Assembly: GCA_963974965.1 (NCBI GenBank)
Contig: CAXBEX010000004.1
Location: 21,978-85,977 of the forward strand
Direction: 5' to 3'
From: an uncultured Colwellia sp.
Lineage (GTDB): Bacteria > Pseudomonadota > Gammaproteobacteria > Enterobacterales > Alteromonadaceae
DNA: 64,000 nucleotides
The notes under the pieces are model-generated. The model had not been told where the DNA came from, did not search any database, and saw only the letters and a list, made by a program, of their open reading frames with translations. The position numbers and the translations under genes were made by a program. Of the stretch, positions 48,813-58,996 are shown one piece after another (position 1 is the first letter of the stretch; each line of letters begins with the position of its first letter).

Positions 48813-50123
48813 CTAATCAACCAAATCATTTGAAAACAATAGAAGCGGATTTTTGTTGAATTCTATTAATATATTTTGTAGCCATTCGCAAATAAATCTG
48901 CGATTAGGGTTTTCTCCCCATTTGCCTAATCTAAATAATAAATGGTAAACAAATAACATAGGTAACAATGGATTGAATTTTTGGTCTGTGTATTGCAAAC
49001 AATAAGTTAAATCTTTTGCCAATAAATCTAAGGTTTGAGTTTCGCGTTGAATATAAAATGAAAGTGCCAAAGAAAATATATCTTGCAACGGCATTAAAGT
49101 ATCACCAAACTCTTCAAAGTCGATAATATACGTCTGTTCTTCTGAAAAAATTAAATTATTTATACAGTAGTCACCATGCTGCCAAGTTCCTTGCACTAGG
49201 TACTTTTCGGGTAGTGAATTGACCAATTCTGCACATGCATCAACAACAGCTTGGTCAAACTGTCGAATAGAATGACTTTGTTCAAACTGACGAGTAAATT
49301 CAGCAATGACATCAATTGAATTGATCCAATTACTATTTGTTTGTATTTTTTTGTCAAACTCTTTCAATGTGGTTAGAGCACGTTGTTTAATGTCACCCAT
49401 GCTTATGGAGTTGTCTTTAAGCAACTGAAACCATGGTTTACCTGGTAAACCACTTTCAACAAAATAGTATTCTTGATCTTTCTTAATTTTAGCTAAAGGC
49501 GTAGACACAAATGAGGTTAATGTTTGATGAATTTCTTGCCGTAATTCAAAGTCGCCTGACTCTGCATGGTGTACTACATAATCAGGTACAGCATTCTTTG
49601 AGAAAGACAAGAACACGGGATTACTGGTTGTTATACATAATAAGTCTTGTTGAGCATCCAGCCCTGCTTCAATCAGCATTGTGTTAATTTGTTGAAATTT
49701 ATCAGTGTTACCCGTGATTAAAATAAAGCTATCTACCGACGGATGCATTTTACCACATAAAAATAACACCTGTTTAACCAGCCCTTTTACAGATCTATCA
49801 ATTTTAGGTAGCACATTATCATGGCAATACCTCTCTGCCTTAGCCGCTTGGTTAAAAACTATTAAAGGGTTTTCCACATCAGGATAAACAGACAATACAG
49901 CAGAAATATCTACACCCTTCTTTTTTAACTGTGTTATTCGCGTATTAATTGCCGTACGACGGAAAAATAAAAACACGAGTCGTGACCATAACCCCCTAAA
50001 ACTCGCATTGTTAATAACAACACCATAAATACCCTTTGTGTAACTTTCCGCTTCATCGTTAACAACATTGGAGAATTGAACTAAAGGAATATCCAGTTTT
50101 TTACTTAAGGTATCAAATAACAT
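48813..50123 (-). CDS. Aminoglycoside-phosphotransferase/choline-kinase-fold kinase
   Basis: Brenner-like motif QHGDYCINN and IIDFEE; downstream of wzx. Confidence 0.72.
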   Translation of the reverse strand: MLFDTLSKKLDIPLVQFSNVVNDEAESYTKGIYGVVINNASFRGLWSRLVFLFFRRTAINTRITQLKKKGVDISAVLSVYPDVENPLIVFNQAAKAERYCHDNVLPKIDRSVKGLVKQVLFLCGKMHPSVDSFILITGNTDKFQQINTMLIEAGLDAQQDLLCITTSNPVFLSFSKNAVPDYVVHHAESGDFELRQEIHQTLTSFVSTPLAKIKKDQEYYFVESGLPGKPWFQLLKDNSISMGDIKQRALTTLKEFDKKIQTNSNWINSIDVIAEFTRQFEQSHSIRQFDQAVVDACAELVNSLPEKYLVQGTWQHGDYCINNLIFSEEQTYIIDFEEFGDTLMPLQDIFSLALSFYIQRETQTLDLLAKDLTYCLQYTDQKFNPLLPMLFVYHLLFRLGKWGENPNRRFICEWLQNILIEFNKNPLLLFSNDLVD

Positions 50124-50140
50124 ATATAGATCACTTCTAA

Positions 50141-51637
50141 CTATTTTCTAAAAGGTGATAAAAATAATTTTTTATGTTCTGGTTCAAAATGAACAAAAAA
50201 GCTATAAACAAAAAAGACAACCAACACAGTAATACTGAAACCAGCTAATTCAACATAATTGGTGATTTGAACGTCGATATATGAAAGTCCTAAATAGAAC
50301 AGAATCACACTCAGAACCGGATATAAACAAGAGGTGATCATATAGTTTAGATAGTTAGTATTTAACTCTTTACAAGTAAAATAGGGGACGGCAATAACAT
50401 TAATAATAAGAATTGGAATGGTGGTACCTAGAGCAACACCAATAATTCCCCAGATAGGCCCTAGATACAAACTTAGCCCCAAATTAGCTACGGCTTCAAT
50501 ACTTAATAAAATCGCCAAAATCTTATGTTTACTTAGCCCTTTTAAAATACCGTGAGCAATTAACTGCGCCAAAAAGAAGAAGTAACCGACTAACAAAATT
50601 TGTAATACTTGCCCTGAGGGGCCCTTATATTGCTCGCCCATCCACATACCAATAAAGTCACTACCAGCAAAGTACAAAACTAAAAATACGGGCGTACAGA
50701 GTAATATGGCATATTTAGTACCTATTTTGTACATTGTAGAATTATTTTCGTTTTTACCCAAGGCATCTTGAGCACTAATAATAGGTAATAACACCGCGAT
50801 TATTGCCCAGATAAATTGTTCTAAGTATTGCATTAGCATGGTAGGAATTGCATAAAAGGTAACTTGACTTACATCTAAGATCGCTCCGATAACAATCGAG
50901 TCAGTGTAGAACACTATTTTCATTGCTATTGAAATAATAAAACCATAAACGCTGTAATTATAAAGCTGCTTAAAGCTTTCTTTATTGATATCTTCAATCG
51001 TAAAATGTAAAAACGAGGCAAGCTTTTTTATTGTGAAATACTGTAAAGTGAATTTCGTCGAATTAATAACAAGTTGTAATACAGCAATAGCGAGTAATGA
51101 ATGCCCTTTCAATAGTAAAATAACAATAATTATGTTTTTAATGATGTTCAGTGTAATGGCAATAATGTTGACTTCTAAAAAGCGACCGACTGCTTTTAAT
51201 GACCCCAAAAAAACACTAAAAATCAAATTCAAGGCTAAGTCGATACCTACTATTAAAAACACAAAGTATAAATAACGCTGATCAAATTGGGTTATTTCAA
51301 ATATATCTTTAAAATACACAGCAAAAATAGCACAAAAAATCACAACTACGAGCGCTATTATTGAGAAAAAGGCAAATGATGTGCTGAATATTTTATTTGC
51401 ACTATTGTAATCATTTAGCGCTTTATATTTAGAAATAAATCTTACAATTGCCCCATTTACGCCAAAATCTAATATGGTGAAATAACTAGTTAATGAAACA
51501 ATTAACACCCATATCCCATAGGTTTCATTACCTAATTGGTTAACCAGTATTGGGCTAACAATAAAGGCTACCACGACGCTTATGAATAAATTACTCCAGT
51601 TGGAAAATATATTTTTTGCTATTCTATTAATTTTCAA
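50141..51637 (-). CDS. wzx: Wzx-type oligosaccharide flippase
   Basis: About 12-14 TM helices; LGNETYGIWVL, DFGVNGAIVRF, TDSIVIG. Confidence 0.88.
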   Translation of the reverse strand: MKINRIAKNIFSNWSNLFISVVVAFIVSPILVNQLGNETYGIWVLIVSLTSYFTILDFGVNGAIVRFISKYKALNDYNSANKIFSTSFAFFSIIALVVVIFCAIFAVYFKDIFEITQFDQRYLYFVFLIVGIDLALNLIFSVFLGSLKAVGRFLEVNIIAITLNIIKNIIIVILLLKGHSLLAIAVLQLVINSTKFTLQYFTIKKLASFLHFTIEDINKESFKQLYNYSVYGFIISIAMKIVFYTDSIVIGAILDVSQVTFYAIPTMLMQYLEQFIWAIIAVLLPIISAQDALGKNENNSTMYKIGTKYAILLCTPVFLVLYFAGSDFIGMWMGEQYKGPSGQVLQILLVGYFFFLAQLIAHGILKGLSKHKILAILLSIEAVANLGLSLYLGPIWGIIGVALGTTIPILIINVIAVPYFTCKELNTNYLNYMITSCLYPVLSVILFYLGLSYIDVQITNYVELAGFSITVLVVFFVYSFFVHFEPEHKKLFLSPFRK

Positions 51638-51648
51638 GCCCTCTACTT

Positions 51649-52581
51649 TTATATCTGATTATTTTTTAGCTTTTTAATACTGTTATTGATTCTCCTCCCA
51701 AGTAAGCACCTTAAGATTTGTATATAAGACTTAGTCTGTATTACATTAAACTTTATCGAATTTAAAAACAGTCCTATTGCTGATTTATAATTAGTTTGTG
51801 AAAAGCAACGCATACCTAATTTATAATTATATATAGACATTACTTTTCTCCATAATGGTGGATTTAAATTACCATTATGCCCTAAGTGCATGGTTATCAA
51901 TTTAATTATACAATCGTCCATTAAATTTGATTCTAGCGTTATATTAGAATCGTGTCTTCTATAGCGACATAATGGTTTTGCCACATAATAAACAGGCCCC
52001 AGCAATGATAGTTTTAATCTTAAATCAACATTTTCTGATCCTGCTAAGTCAATATTAAAACCTCCAACTTCAATCATTTTCTTTTTAGTAACCATCACAC
52101 TCCCTCCAGATAGTTCAAAGGAAGATAACCACAACTTATTGTAAATATTTCCTGTCATATACTCACTAGATTCAACAATTTTTAGAATTTTATTTTTGTT
52201 ATTCACAATATAGTAATCACAGTATACAAAACCAGCATTTGGGTACTGCTTATATAATTTCACTTGTTCTTCTATTTTATTTTTCTCGTATAAATCGTCA
52301 CTATCCAAGAATGCAATTAAATCACCTGTAGCACTTTCGATGCCTTTATTTCGTGCGGTTGAAGCTCCTGCATTTTTTTGACTCAACGTTTTTATTTTAT
52401 CAGGGTACTTATTAGCATAATCGTTAGCAATATCAAGAGATGTGTCACTAGAGCCGTCATCAATAATAATAAGTTCAATATTATCGTATGTTTGGTCCAA
52501 AGCAGAATTTATAGCTTCTGCCAAATATTTTTGCCTGTTGTAAACAGGCATAATGATCGATACTTTCATTCTACTTCTCAC
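51649..52581 (-). CDS. GT2 glycosyltransferase
   Basis: IMPVYN, IDDGSSD, NAGASTARN.GI, FLDSDD. Confidence 0.92.
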   Translation of the reverse strand: MRSRMKVSIIMPVYNRQKYLAEAINSALDQTYDNIELIIIDDGSSDTSLDIANDYANKYPDKIKTLSQKNAGASTARNKGIESATGDLIAFLDSDDLYEKNKIEEQVKLYKQYPNAGFVYCDYYIVNNKNKILKIVESSEYMTGNIYNKLWLSSFELSGGSVMVTKKKMIEVGGFNIDLAGSENVDLRLKLSLLGPVYYVAKPLCRYRRHDSNITLESNLMDDCIIKLITMHLGHNGNLNPPLWRKVMSIYNYKLGMRCFSQTNYKSAIGLFLNSIKFNVIQTKSYIQILRCLLGRRINNSIKKLKNNQI

Positions 52582-53689
52582 TTATCTTATGGTAAATATT
52601 TGAATAGGAATTACTCATTACTTTGTTTGTAAATACCCCAAGAAAACGTTGATAACTGTTTTCGCCAAACTTATTTCGTAACTCTTTATCCCTTACCAGT
52701 TCTAACATACTGTCTGTGAATGGCTGTAGTTCTCTGTTAGGTGTAACAAATCCATTATAATAATGTTGTATCACTTCAGGATTTCCACCTGCATTGGTTA
52801 CCACACAAGGCTTACCCAATGACATAGCTTCAAGTAATGTCATTGATGTACCTTCACTTAATGACGACAATAAAAAAACATCCATCAAAGACATATAGTT
52901 AACCGGTTGAGTAATATAACCAGTAAAAATAACCGAGTCTTTAATATTGAGTTTTTTAGTTAGCAGCTCTAACTTCTCACGTTCCTCACCGTCACCTACA
53001 ATAAATAACTTACAATTTGAATTTTGAAGAAGTACTTGATGAAAGGCATTAATAAGTAATGTTTGATTTTTGATCGGATCCAACCGTGCAACGGTGCCAA
53101 ATACGACAGTGTTTTGATTAATGTTGTACTGTTCATGTAATGCAGAAACCGCTTCAAGTTGTGGTTTTTGCGGAGCAATGCCATTGTAAACAACAGCTAT
53201 TCTTTTTGATTTTAAATATTCAAATTCCACTAACGCCTGCTTTGTTGCTTCAGAAATAGCGGTGATATAGGAGGTAAAATAAGACAATAACGGATTAATC
53301 AATCTTCGTTTCCAACTGCCTGAATCTGGATAAAAACGTCCATGCTCAGTAAATATTACTTTAACATTCAAAAATAAACTGGCAAAAACACCGTATAGCC
53401 AAGGGGTGTATTGATGACAGTGTATTACATCAATTTTATTCTTTTTAATGTACTGACGTATTTTTTTAATTAGAACTCGATCAAAGCCATTCTTCCGTTG
53501 AAATGAGTCGATTTTAATTCCGCTATTGATTAATAGTTGCCCAAAAGGTCCAATAGGTTGTTCAATACACAATATCGATACTTCAAATTGAGTAGTGTCT
53601 GTGGCGTCTATTAAGTTTTTAATAACTTGCTCTGTACCACCAATACGCATGTCAAACGTGACATGTAGTACTTTAATTGGTCTGTGCAT
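52571..53689 (-). CDS. GT4 glycosyltransferase
   Basis: GGTEQV, HCHQY, TEHG, VARLDPIKN, SEGTSMTLLEAM, GGNPEV. ATG 53689 with GGAGG RBS. Confidence 0.92.
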   Translation of the reverse strand: MHRPIKVLHVTFDMRIGGTEQVIKNLIDATDTTQFEVSILCIEQPIGPFGQLLINSGIKIDSFQRKNGFDRVLIKKIRQYIKKNKIDVIHCHQYTPWLYGVFASLFLNVKVIFTEHGRFYPDSGSWKRRLINPLLSYFTSYITAISEATKQALVEFEYLKSKRIAVVYNGIAPQKPQLEAVSALHEQYNINQNTVVFGTVARLDPIKNQTLLINAFHQVLLQNSNCKLFIVGDGEEREKLELLTKKLNIKDSVIFTGYITQPVNYMSLMDVFLLSSLSEGTSMTLLEAMSLGKPCVVTNAGGNPEVIQHYYNGFVTPNRELQPFTDSMLELVRDKELRNKFGENSYQRFLGVFTNKVMSNSYSNIYHKISEK

Positions 53690-54974
53690 CAACGCCTCCT
53701 CCTTCTTTTTCAGCAAGCTCCTTATTCACTTGATTTAAATTTGTAACATTAATTAATAATAATAAATACAGCATTTCAGTAATCATTAAGTTAAGAAAAA
53801 TGGCACAGATAAAAAACCCAATAGTTGATACGAATAGGCCATTACAAACATTAATGTTAAAGGCATTTTTACTTTTTGCTCGAATGTATTTATTGGTTTT
53901 ATAAAAGTTAACAAAAAACCATAAATAGATTAAACCGGCTAAAACCCCAGACTGTGTGGTGAATTGAATTAATGTATTATGGGCAACCTGTACGCGGCCT
54001 TCTATGTATTTCAATCCTGCAGTTTGATATTGTTCAATTCCAACACCTAAAATGGGATAATCTTTTATCATCTCCCAACCCGCTGACCAAGTAACCAACC
54101 TTGGATTCAATGGTTTCTCTCTGTCGTCTATTTGGGCAACTTCAACGGTGCTAGTAGCGCGTTCATAGATGGCACCGCCATAATTAACAATAGCGAATAA
54201 TAATCCTGCCATCACCATATAACCAAATGCTTTTGAATAGCTTTTAAACGCTAAAACTAAAGTTATGATCAATAGGGATATTAATGCCCCTCTTGAACCA
54301 ATTAAAAATAAAGCATGCCATGCTAATGGGACACATAATAATAAAGTATATTTTGATATCTTATTTTTTATTGCCGAGGCAATAAAATACATCAATGGAA
54401 TAGAGGTTATAAACAATACGGAGAACACATTTTCGTCTCTATACAAGCCCGGCCCTTTTAATCGGCCATTATCTGTGTATTGCCACATTTCGCCTGTAAA
54501 GTACACTTTGTTTGACCAAAGTGTATACACAATACCAGTAAATATTAACATGCCAACAACATACATAAGTTTACGGTTGTCGGTAATTAGTAATGTTGAG
54601 ATGCAATAGAATAAAATGGTTTTATTAAAAATTGTCAAAGCTTCGGCTGGCGGGATAATTTGACCAACATAAATGCCATAAAATGGCGACATAAAATGAG
54701 AAATATTTACTATCAAGCACAAGAAAAGTAGCATTTTTGTCTGTTTATTATTGAGTAAACTAAAATCTACTTTTTTTTGTACAACTGCAACTAAAAGACC
54801 AAAAATTGTAGAAACTGCAACAAACATTGCAATACGGCTATCTTGAAATATCCATGGCCAAAAACTTTTAGGAGAGAAAACACCTAAAAAATAATAGGCG
54901 ATGACACCTATCCAAGGGTTAACAATCGCAGCGATACACGTAACTAACGTAATAAATATTAATAAAATTTCCAT
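53673..54974 (-). CDS. O-antigen ligase/Wzy-like membrane protein (exosortase A-associated type)
   Basis: Multi-TM; NPWIGV, DENVFS, SRGALI, RLVTW.AG..M..DYP..GVG, AHNT; ATG overlaps the asnB-like stop. Confidence 0.82.
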   Translation of the reverse strand: MEILLIFITLVTCIAAIVNPWIGVIAYYFLGVFSPKSFWPWIFQDSRIAMFVAVSTIFGLLVAVVQKKVDFSLLNNKQTKMLLFLCLIVNISHFMSPFYGIYVGQIIPPAEALTIFNKTILFYCISTLLITDNRKLMYVVGMLIFTGIVYTLWSNKVYFTGEMWQYTDNGRLKGPGLYRDENVFSVLFITSIPLMYFIASAIKNKISKYTLLLCVPLAWHALFLIGSRGALISLLIITLVLAFKSYSKAFGYMVMAGLLFAIVNYGGAIYERATSTVEVAQIDDREKPLNPRLVTWSAGWEMIKDYPILGVGIEQYQTAGLKYIEGRVQVAHNTLIQFTTQSGVLAGLIYLWFFVNFYKTNKYIRAKSKNAFNINVCNGLFVSTIGFFICAIFLNLMITEMLYLLLLINVTNLNQVNKELAEKEGGGVDAQTN

Positions 54975-56878
54975 TACAATAAATTTGTTTCCATATACTG
55001 ACACCACCACAACTCAAACATCAACATGCTCCATAATACAGTTGAGTTGTCTTTATTTTTTGATACATGTTCAGACCATAATTTATTAATTTCTGTTTCT
55101 TTAAATATTTGAATTATCCCCCGCGGATTTTTTACTAATTTGTCTTCAGCAATGTCTTTCAATTCATTACGCAACCAATACGCTAATGGCACAGAGAACC
55201 CCATTTTTTTACGATATAAAATGTTATCAGGTAAATACTTTTTAAATGCTTCTTTAAGTAAGTATTTTTTTTCACCTTTATTAAATTTGAATTTTGACGG
55301 CACTGTTGCGGCAAACTCAATTAATTTATAATCTAAAATAGGTGCGCGCACTTCTAACGAATTTGCCATGCTCATCCGGTCAACTTTTACCAAAATCCCA
55401 CCCGGTAAATAGGTTTTCATGTCGGTATAAAGTATTTTCGATAAGTGGTCTTGCCCATCGGCTTCATTATATTTAGCTATCGTTTGTGTTGATGGGTGAT
55501 AGCTTCCTAACTGTGCTTTTGTTTGCTCCGTCGCCAGTGTTAACCATGTCTGGTCAGTGATCATTGAGTTGGTAATATAAAAGCCCATTGCGGGGTCAAC
55601 ACTTAAACTTGTTAACAATGACTTCGCTTTTTTAAATGGCGTTGAATTCACTTTCCCTGCGGCGTTAGCCAAACTAGGAAATATTTTTTTTCTTACCCAT
55701 GTTGGAAATTTGTTACGTAATTGATTCTCAACATCATCAACTGAATATTTTGAATATCCTGCGAACACTTCATCACCACCATCACCCGCTATAGCGACGG
55801 TTACTTTCTCACGAGCTAATTTAGACACGAAGTAAGTTGGTACTAAGGATGGATCGGCAAAGGGTTCATCAAAAAATGAAACAATATGTTGTAATGAGTC
55901 TGCTACATTATCATGCACTGTTAATTCATGATGATTAGTTTTATATTGTTCGGCAACTTGCTTAGCAAATTCTGTTTCATTAAACTTTTCTTCATCAAAA
56001 CCAATTGAACAAGTAGTAATGGCTCCGCCATTGGTTTTCTCTGCGTGTTCTGCCATTAATGCCACAATACCGCTAGAGTCAACACCACCACTTAAAAAGG
56101 CTCCTAAAGGCACATCTGACATCATACGTTTAGCAGTACAGCTACTAGCTAGCTGTTGCAATTCAGTAATTAACTCCGACTCTGAATGAGTTGTTTGATT
56201 AGCAAACGATATATCCCAGTATTGCTTTTTTTGCAATCCATTTCGGTTTACTAATAAATAATGACCTGGTTCAAGTTTGTGAATGCCTTGAAAAATAGTT
56301 TTAGGATCGGGAATATACTGATATGCAAAAAAGTCATGCACTGCGTCTAATCGAATATTTTTAGGTATAGACGGTAACGCCAACATAGCCTTTAATTCAG
56401 AAGCAAATACAATGTCGTTATTGAAAAAACTATAATAGAGTGGTTTTTTTCCAATTCGATCACGGGCAACAAACAGCTCTTTTTTTGTATTGTCCCAGAT
56501 AGCAAACGCAAACATACCATTAATTTTGTCTAATAACTTAATACCCATCGATTGGTATAAGGCCAATATTACTTCGGTATCTGTATCCGTTTTAAAGTCA
56601 ACACCTTGTTGTTTTAATTCTTCTCGTAACTCTACAAAGTTATAGATTTCACCATTAAAGGAGATAACAATTTGTTCATCGACGGATTTCATCGGTTGAA
56701 TGCCAGCGTCAGACAAGTCAATAATAGCTAAACGCCTATGGCATAAACCAACATGCTCAGTTAGATATTCACTGCCTGCATCTGGGCCTCTATGAAAAAT
56801 AGCTTCACCCATTTTTTTAAGCGTATCAAGTGAGCCTTGTTGGTGATGAAATTGAGTAAAACCTGCTATGCCACACAT
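54974..56878 (-). CDS. Asparagine synthetase-like glutamine amidotransferase (exosortase A-associated)
   Basis: N-terminal MCGIAG, HRGPD, RRLAIID, FNGEIYN, LSGGVDSS, GDGGDEVFAGY, KVDRMSMA.SLEVR.P. Confidence 0.93.
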   Translation of the reverse strand: MCGIAGFTQFHHQQGSLDTLKKMGEAIFHRGPDAGSEYLTEHVGLCHRRLAIIDLSDAGIQPMKSVDEQIVISFNGEIYNFVELREELKQQGVDFKTDTDTEVILALYQSMGIKLLDKINGMFAFAIWDNTKKELFVARDRIGKKPLYYSFFNNDIVFASELKAMLALPSIPKNIRLDAVHDFFAYQYIPDPKTIFQGIHKLEPGHYLLVNRNGLQKKQYWDISFANQTTHSESELITELQQLASSCTAKRMMSDVPLGAFLSGGVDSSGIVALMAEHAEKTNGGAITTCSIGFDEEKFNETEFAKQVAEQYKTNHHELTVHDNVADSLQHIVSFFDEPFADPSLVPTYFVSKLAREKVTVAIAGDGGDEVFAGYSKYSVDDVENQLRNKFPTWVRKKIFPSLANAAGKVNSTPFKKAKSLLTSLSVDPAMGFYITNSMITDQTWLTLATEQTKAQLGSYHPSTQTIAKYNEADGQDHLSKILYTDMKTYLPGGILVKVDRMSMANSLEVRAPILDYKLIEFAATVPSKFKFNKGEKKYLLKEAFKKYLPDNILYRKKMGFSVPLAYWLRNELKDIAEDKLVKNPRGIIQIFKETEINKLWSEHVSKNKDNSTVLWSMLMFELWWCQYMETNLL

Positions 56879-56935
56879 GATGTTCGCTTCCTTAACCTAT
56901 ACATAAAATCTTTTATTTAGCCTTGAAATGATTTT

Positions 56936-57988
56936 TTATAAACTAATATAACGTCTTAATTTAGGTCCAATACTATTAGCCAATGTTAGTGGTAACTTTT
57001 TCCAAATGCTTTCCACTAATGACTTTATTGGACTATTTGAGGCTACGACTTCTAATTGTGAATTAGATTGTAAGTTGTCGTCACGCCACTGTAAAAGAAC
57101 AGGTTTAGCACCCCATTGTTGTTTAAATCGAAACGTACCTTCATTAAACGTAGATCGGCCAAAATCAAACTCTGTACACCCTTGGTCGGTAACAAATTTT
57201 AACAGTGCCCAGTACAACATCATATTGGGAGATAAGCGGTTATATTCTGCTCGGGTAGACGCCCATGGAATGCAGGCTTTATCATTGGAAAGAAGCACGA
57301 CTCCAGCACCTACAGGTATACCATCTAATTTAACAACCGCAATAATACATTGCTCTTTATATTGCTCACGGATAGATTCAATCCATTTCTTACTATGTAC
57401 TGGAGAACCTAATCTGAGCATGTTTTCACTAAATACTGCATAAAATTCATCAATAAACTGTTGGTTAGTCCCTAGCTCATACCTCAAACCGTTTTTTTCT
57501 GCTTTACGAATTTGACTACGCAATTTAGATTTAAAACCCGAGAACAACTCGTCACTTGTTGCAGGCAAAGGTAAAAGCATACTGACTTTTTTTCCCTCAA
57601 ACTGAGCATTATCGTTTATTCCAGAACGTTCACGATATTCAATAGATTTAGATTTTAGTTTCACCTTCAATTCAGTTGCTTTAGACTCTAAAGCAACTTG
57701 TATTTCGTTATCGTCAGCTAAACACCCACCAACATCACAAAATGGCAATGAACACAACAAGTTCCCTTTAAATGGAATGCGAATATTCACCAGCGGTAAA
57801 ACACCTACAATCTGTGAGTTTTGTTTTGCCACTAAATAATAAACTTTATGCTCATAAGCAGTTTCAATTGCCGCTAACCAAGCAAAAAGGTGATAAGGGC
57901 TATGTCCTACATGATGTTGAATGTATTGATCCCATAATATCGCCTCATCACTGTCGATTGCTTGAATAGTTAACTGAGAATTTATCAT
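56936..57988 (-). CDS. FemAB-like GNAT protein, PEP-CTERM system-associated
   Basis: SPYHLFAW, SLPFCDVGG, KLRSQIRKA, PNMMLYW, FDFGRS...GTFRFKQQWG. Confidence 0.88.
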   Translation of the reverse strand: MINSQLTIQAIDSDEAILWDQYIQHHVGHSPYHLFAWLAAIETAYEHKVYYLVAKQNSQIVGVLPLVNIRIPFKGNLLCSLPFCDVGGCLADDNEIQVALESKATELKVKLKSKSIEYRERSGINDNAQFEGKKVSMLLPLPATSDELFSGFKSKLRSQIRKAEKNGLRYELGTNQQFIDEFYAVFSENMLRLGSPVHSKKWIESIREQYKEQCIIAVVKLDGIPVGAGVVLLSNDKACIPWASTRAEYNRLSPNMMLYWALLKFVTDQGCTEFDFGRSTFNEGTFRFKQQWGAKPVLLQWRDDNLQSNSQLEVVASNSPIKSLVESIWKKLPLTLANSIGPKLRRYISL

Positions 57989-58992
57989 TATTGACTAACC
58001 TGAGACTGAGTTAATATTTTTTTAGCTTCACTAATAGTGCAAAACGTAACGGTTGCATGTTCCTGTAAGTAACTAATGGTCTGTTTCATATTGCCCAGTA
58101 TTTGCTGACGATCATAAGCATGATTCTTATAAGGCAAATCAATCAAACTTGAACTATGAAAATTCATATGAATAACCTGTGTTTTTTTCCTGAGTAAAAC
58201 TTTAATCAAAGTTTTCATATCTGCTAACGACGTTAATTCTGGACTTAAATATAGTTTTCTTAATAACTTTAATTGCCATGCGATACCAGAAAGTCGTATG
58301 AACGCAAGTAGTGGATGGCTTAATGTGTTGTGTATCTTATTGCACATCATAAAATTAGAATGATTAAACCCTACTGAAACAGGGATTTCAAATATATCGG
58401 CTATTTGTTCACTACTTCTAGCTTTTAAGGGATCTGTTATGTCTAACCAATAAGGTTTTTCAGGTGCACCATTACAATTAAAATAATCATTTTTATAGAA
58501 AGGGTAAACACTTGAATCAACTGTAATACCATATTTAGCTAATAAAGTCACAACCGCACTGTTAATTCCCCAACGTCCTGTACGGAATGACTTAATACTT
58601 ATATCAAAGGTTGTCTTTAGTAAATCAAGTAAACTAACTAACTTTTTTTCAACTAAATCTATCGGTAAGTTGACAACATGCGATTCAAATTCACCATTTT
58701 CTGCTGTAATAGGTGGATTACACCAAGGGTGTAAATGTGCACCAATTTCACAATTCCCAGCCTTAGATAACATGTTAAGGATTCTTGCACTTTGATCATT
58801 ATGAACCACTGGATAATCAACAAAATATGTCGGTTTAATACCTAAATTGTCACATTCAATTTGAAACGCTTGTAATCCATTGATATTATTTACTTGTATA
58901 TTATGTTGTGGAAAAGCGGTTTTCCAATCCCACTCTTCTTCAGTGTCGACAGACAAAACAAACAAGACCTGCGGTTTCACATGACTTCTCAT
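57988..58992 (-). CDS. Polysaccharide deacetylase family protein (WalW-like)
   Basis: SVDTEEEWDW, EIGAHLHPWCNPP, FRTGRWG, FHSSSL. ATG 58992 preferred. Confidence 0.8.
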   Translation of the reverse strand: MRSHVKPQVLFVLSVDTEEEWDWKTAFPQHNIQVNNINGLQAFQIECDNLGIKPTYFVDYPVVHNDQSARILNMLSKAGNCEIGAHLHPWCNPPITAENGEFESHVVNLPIDLVEKKLVSLLDLLKTTFDISIKSFRTGRWGINSAVVTLLAKYGITVDSSVYPFYKNDYFNCNGAPEKPYWLDITDPLKARSSEQIADIFEIPVSVGFNHSNFMMCNKIHNTLSHPLLAFIRLSGIAWQLKLLRKLYLSPELTSLADMKTLIKVLLRKKTQVIHMNFHSSSLIDLPYKNHAYDRQQILGNMKQTISYLQEHATVTFCTISEAKKILTQSQVSQ

Positions 58993-58996
58993 ATGT

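Noticed and set aside
48813-50123. Aminoglycoside resistance gene
   Set aside because: Only the generic kinase motifs match; it is longer than APH enzymes and co-oriented at the end of the wzx operon.
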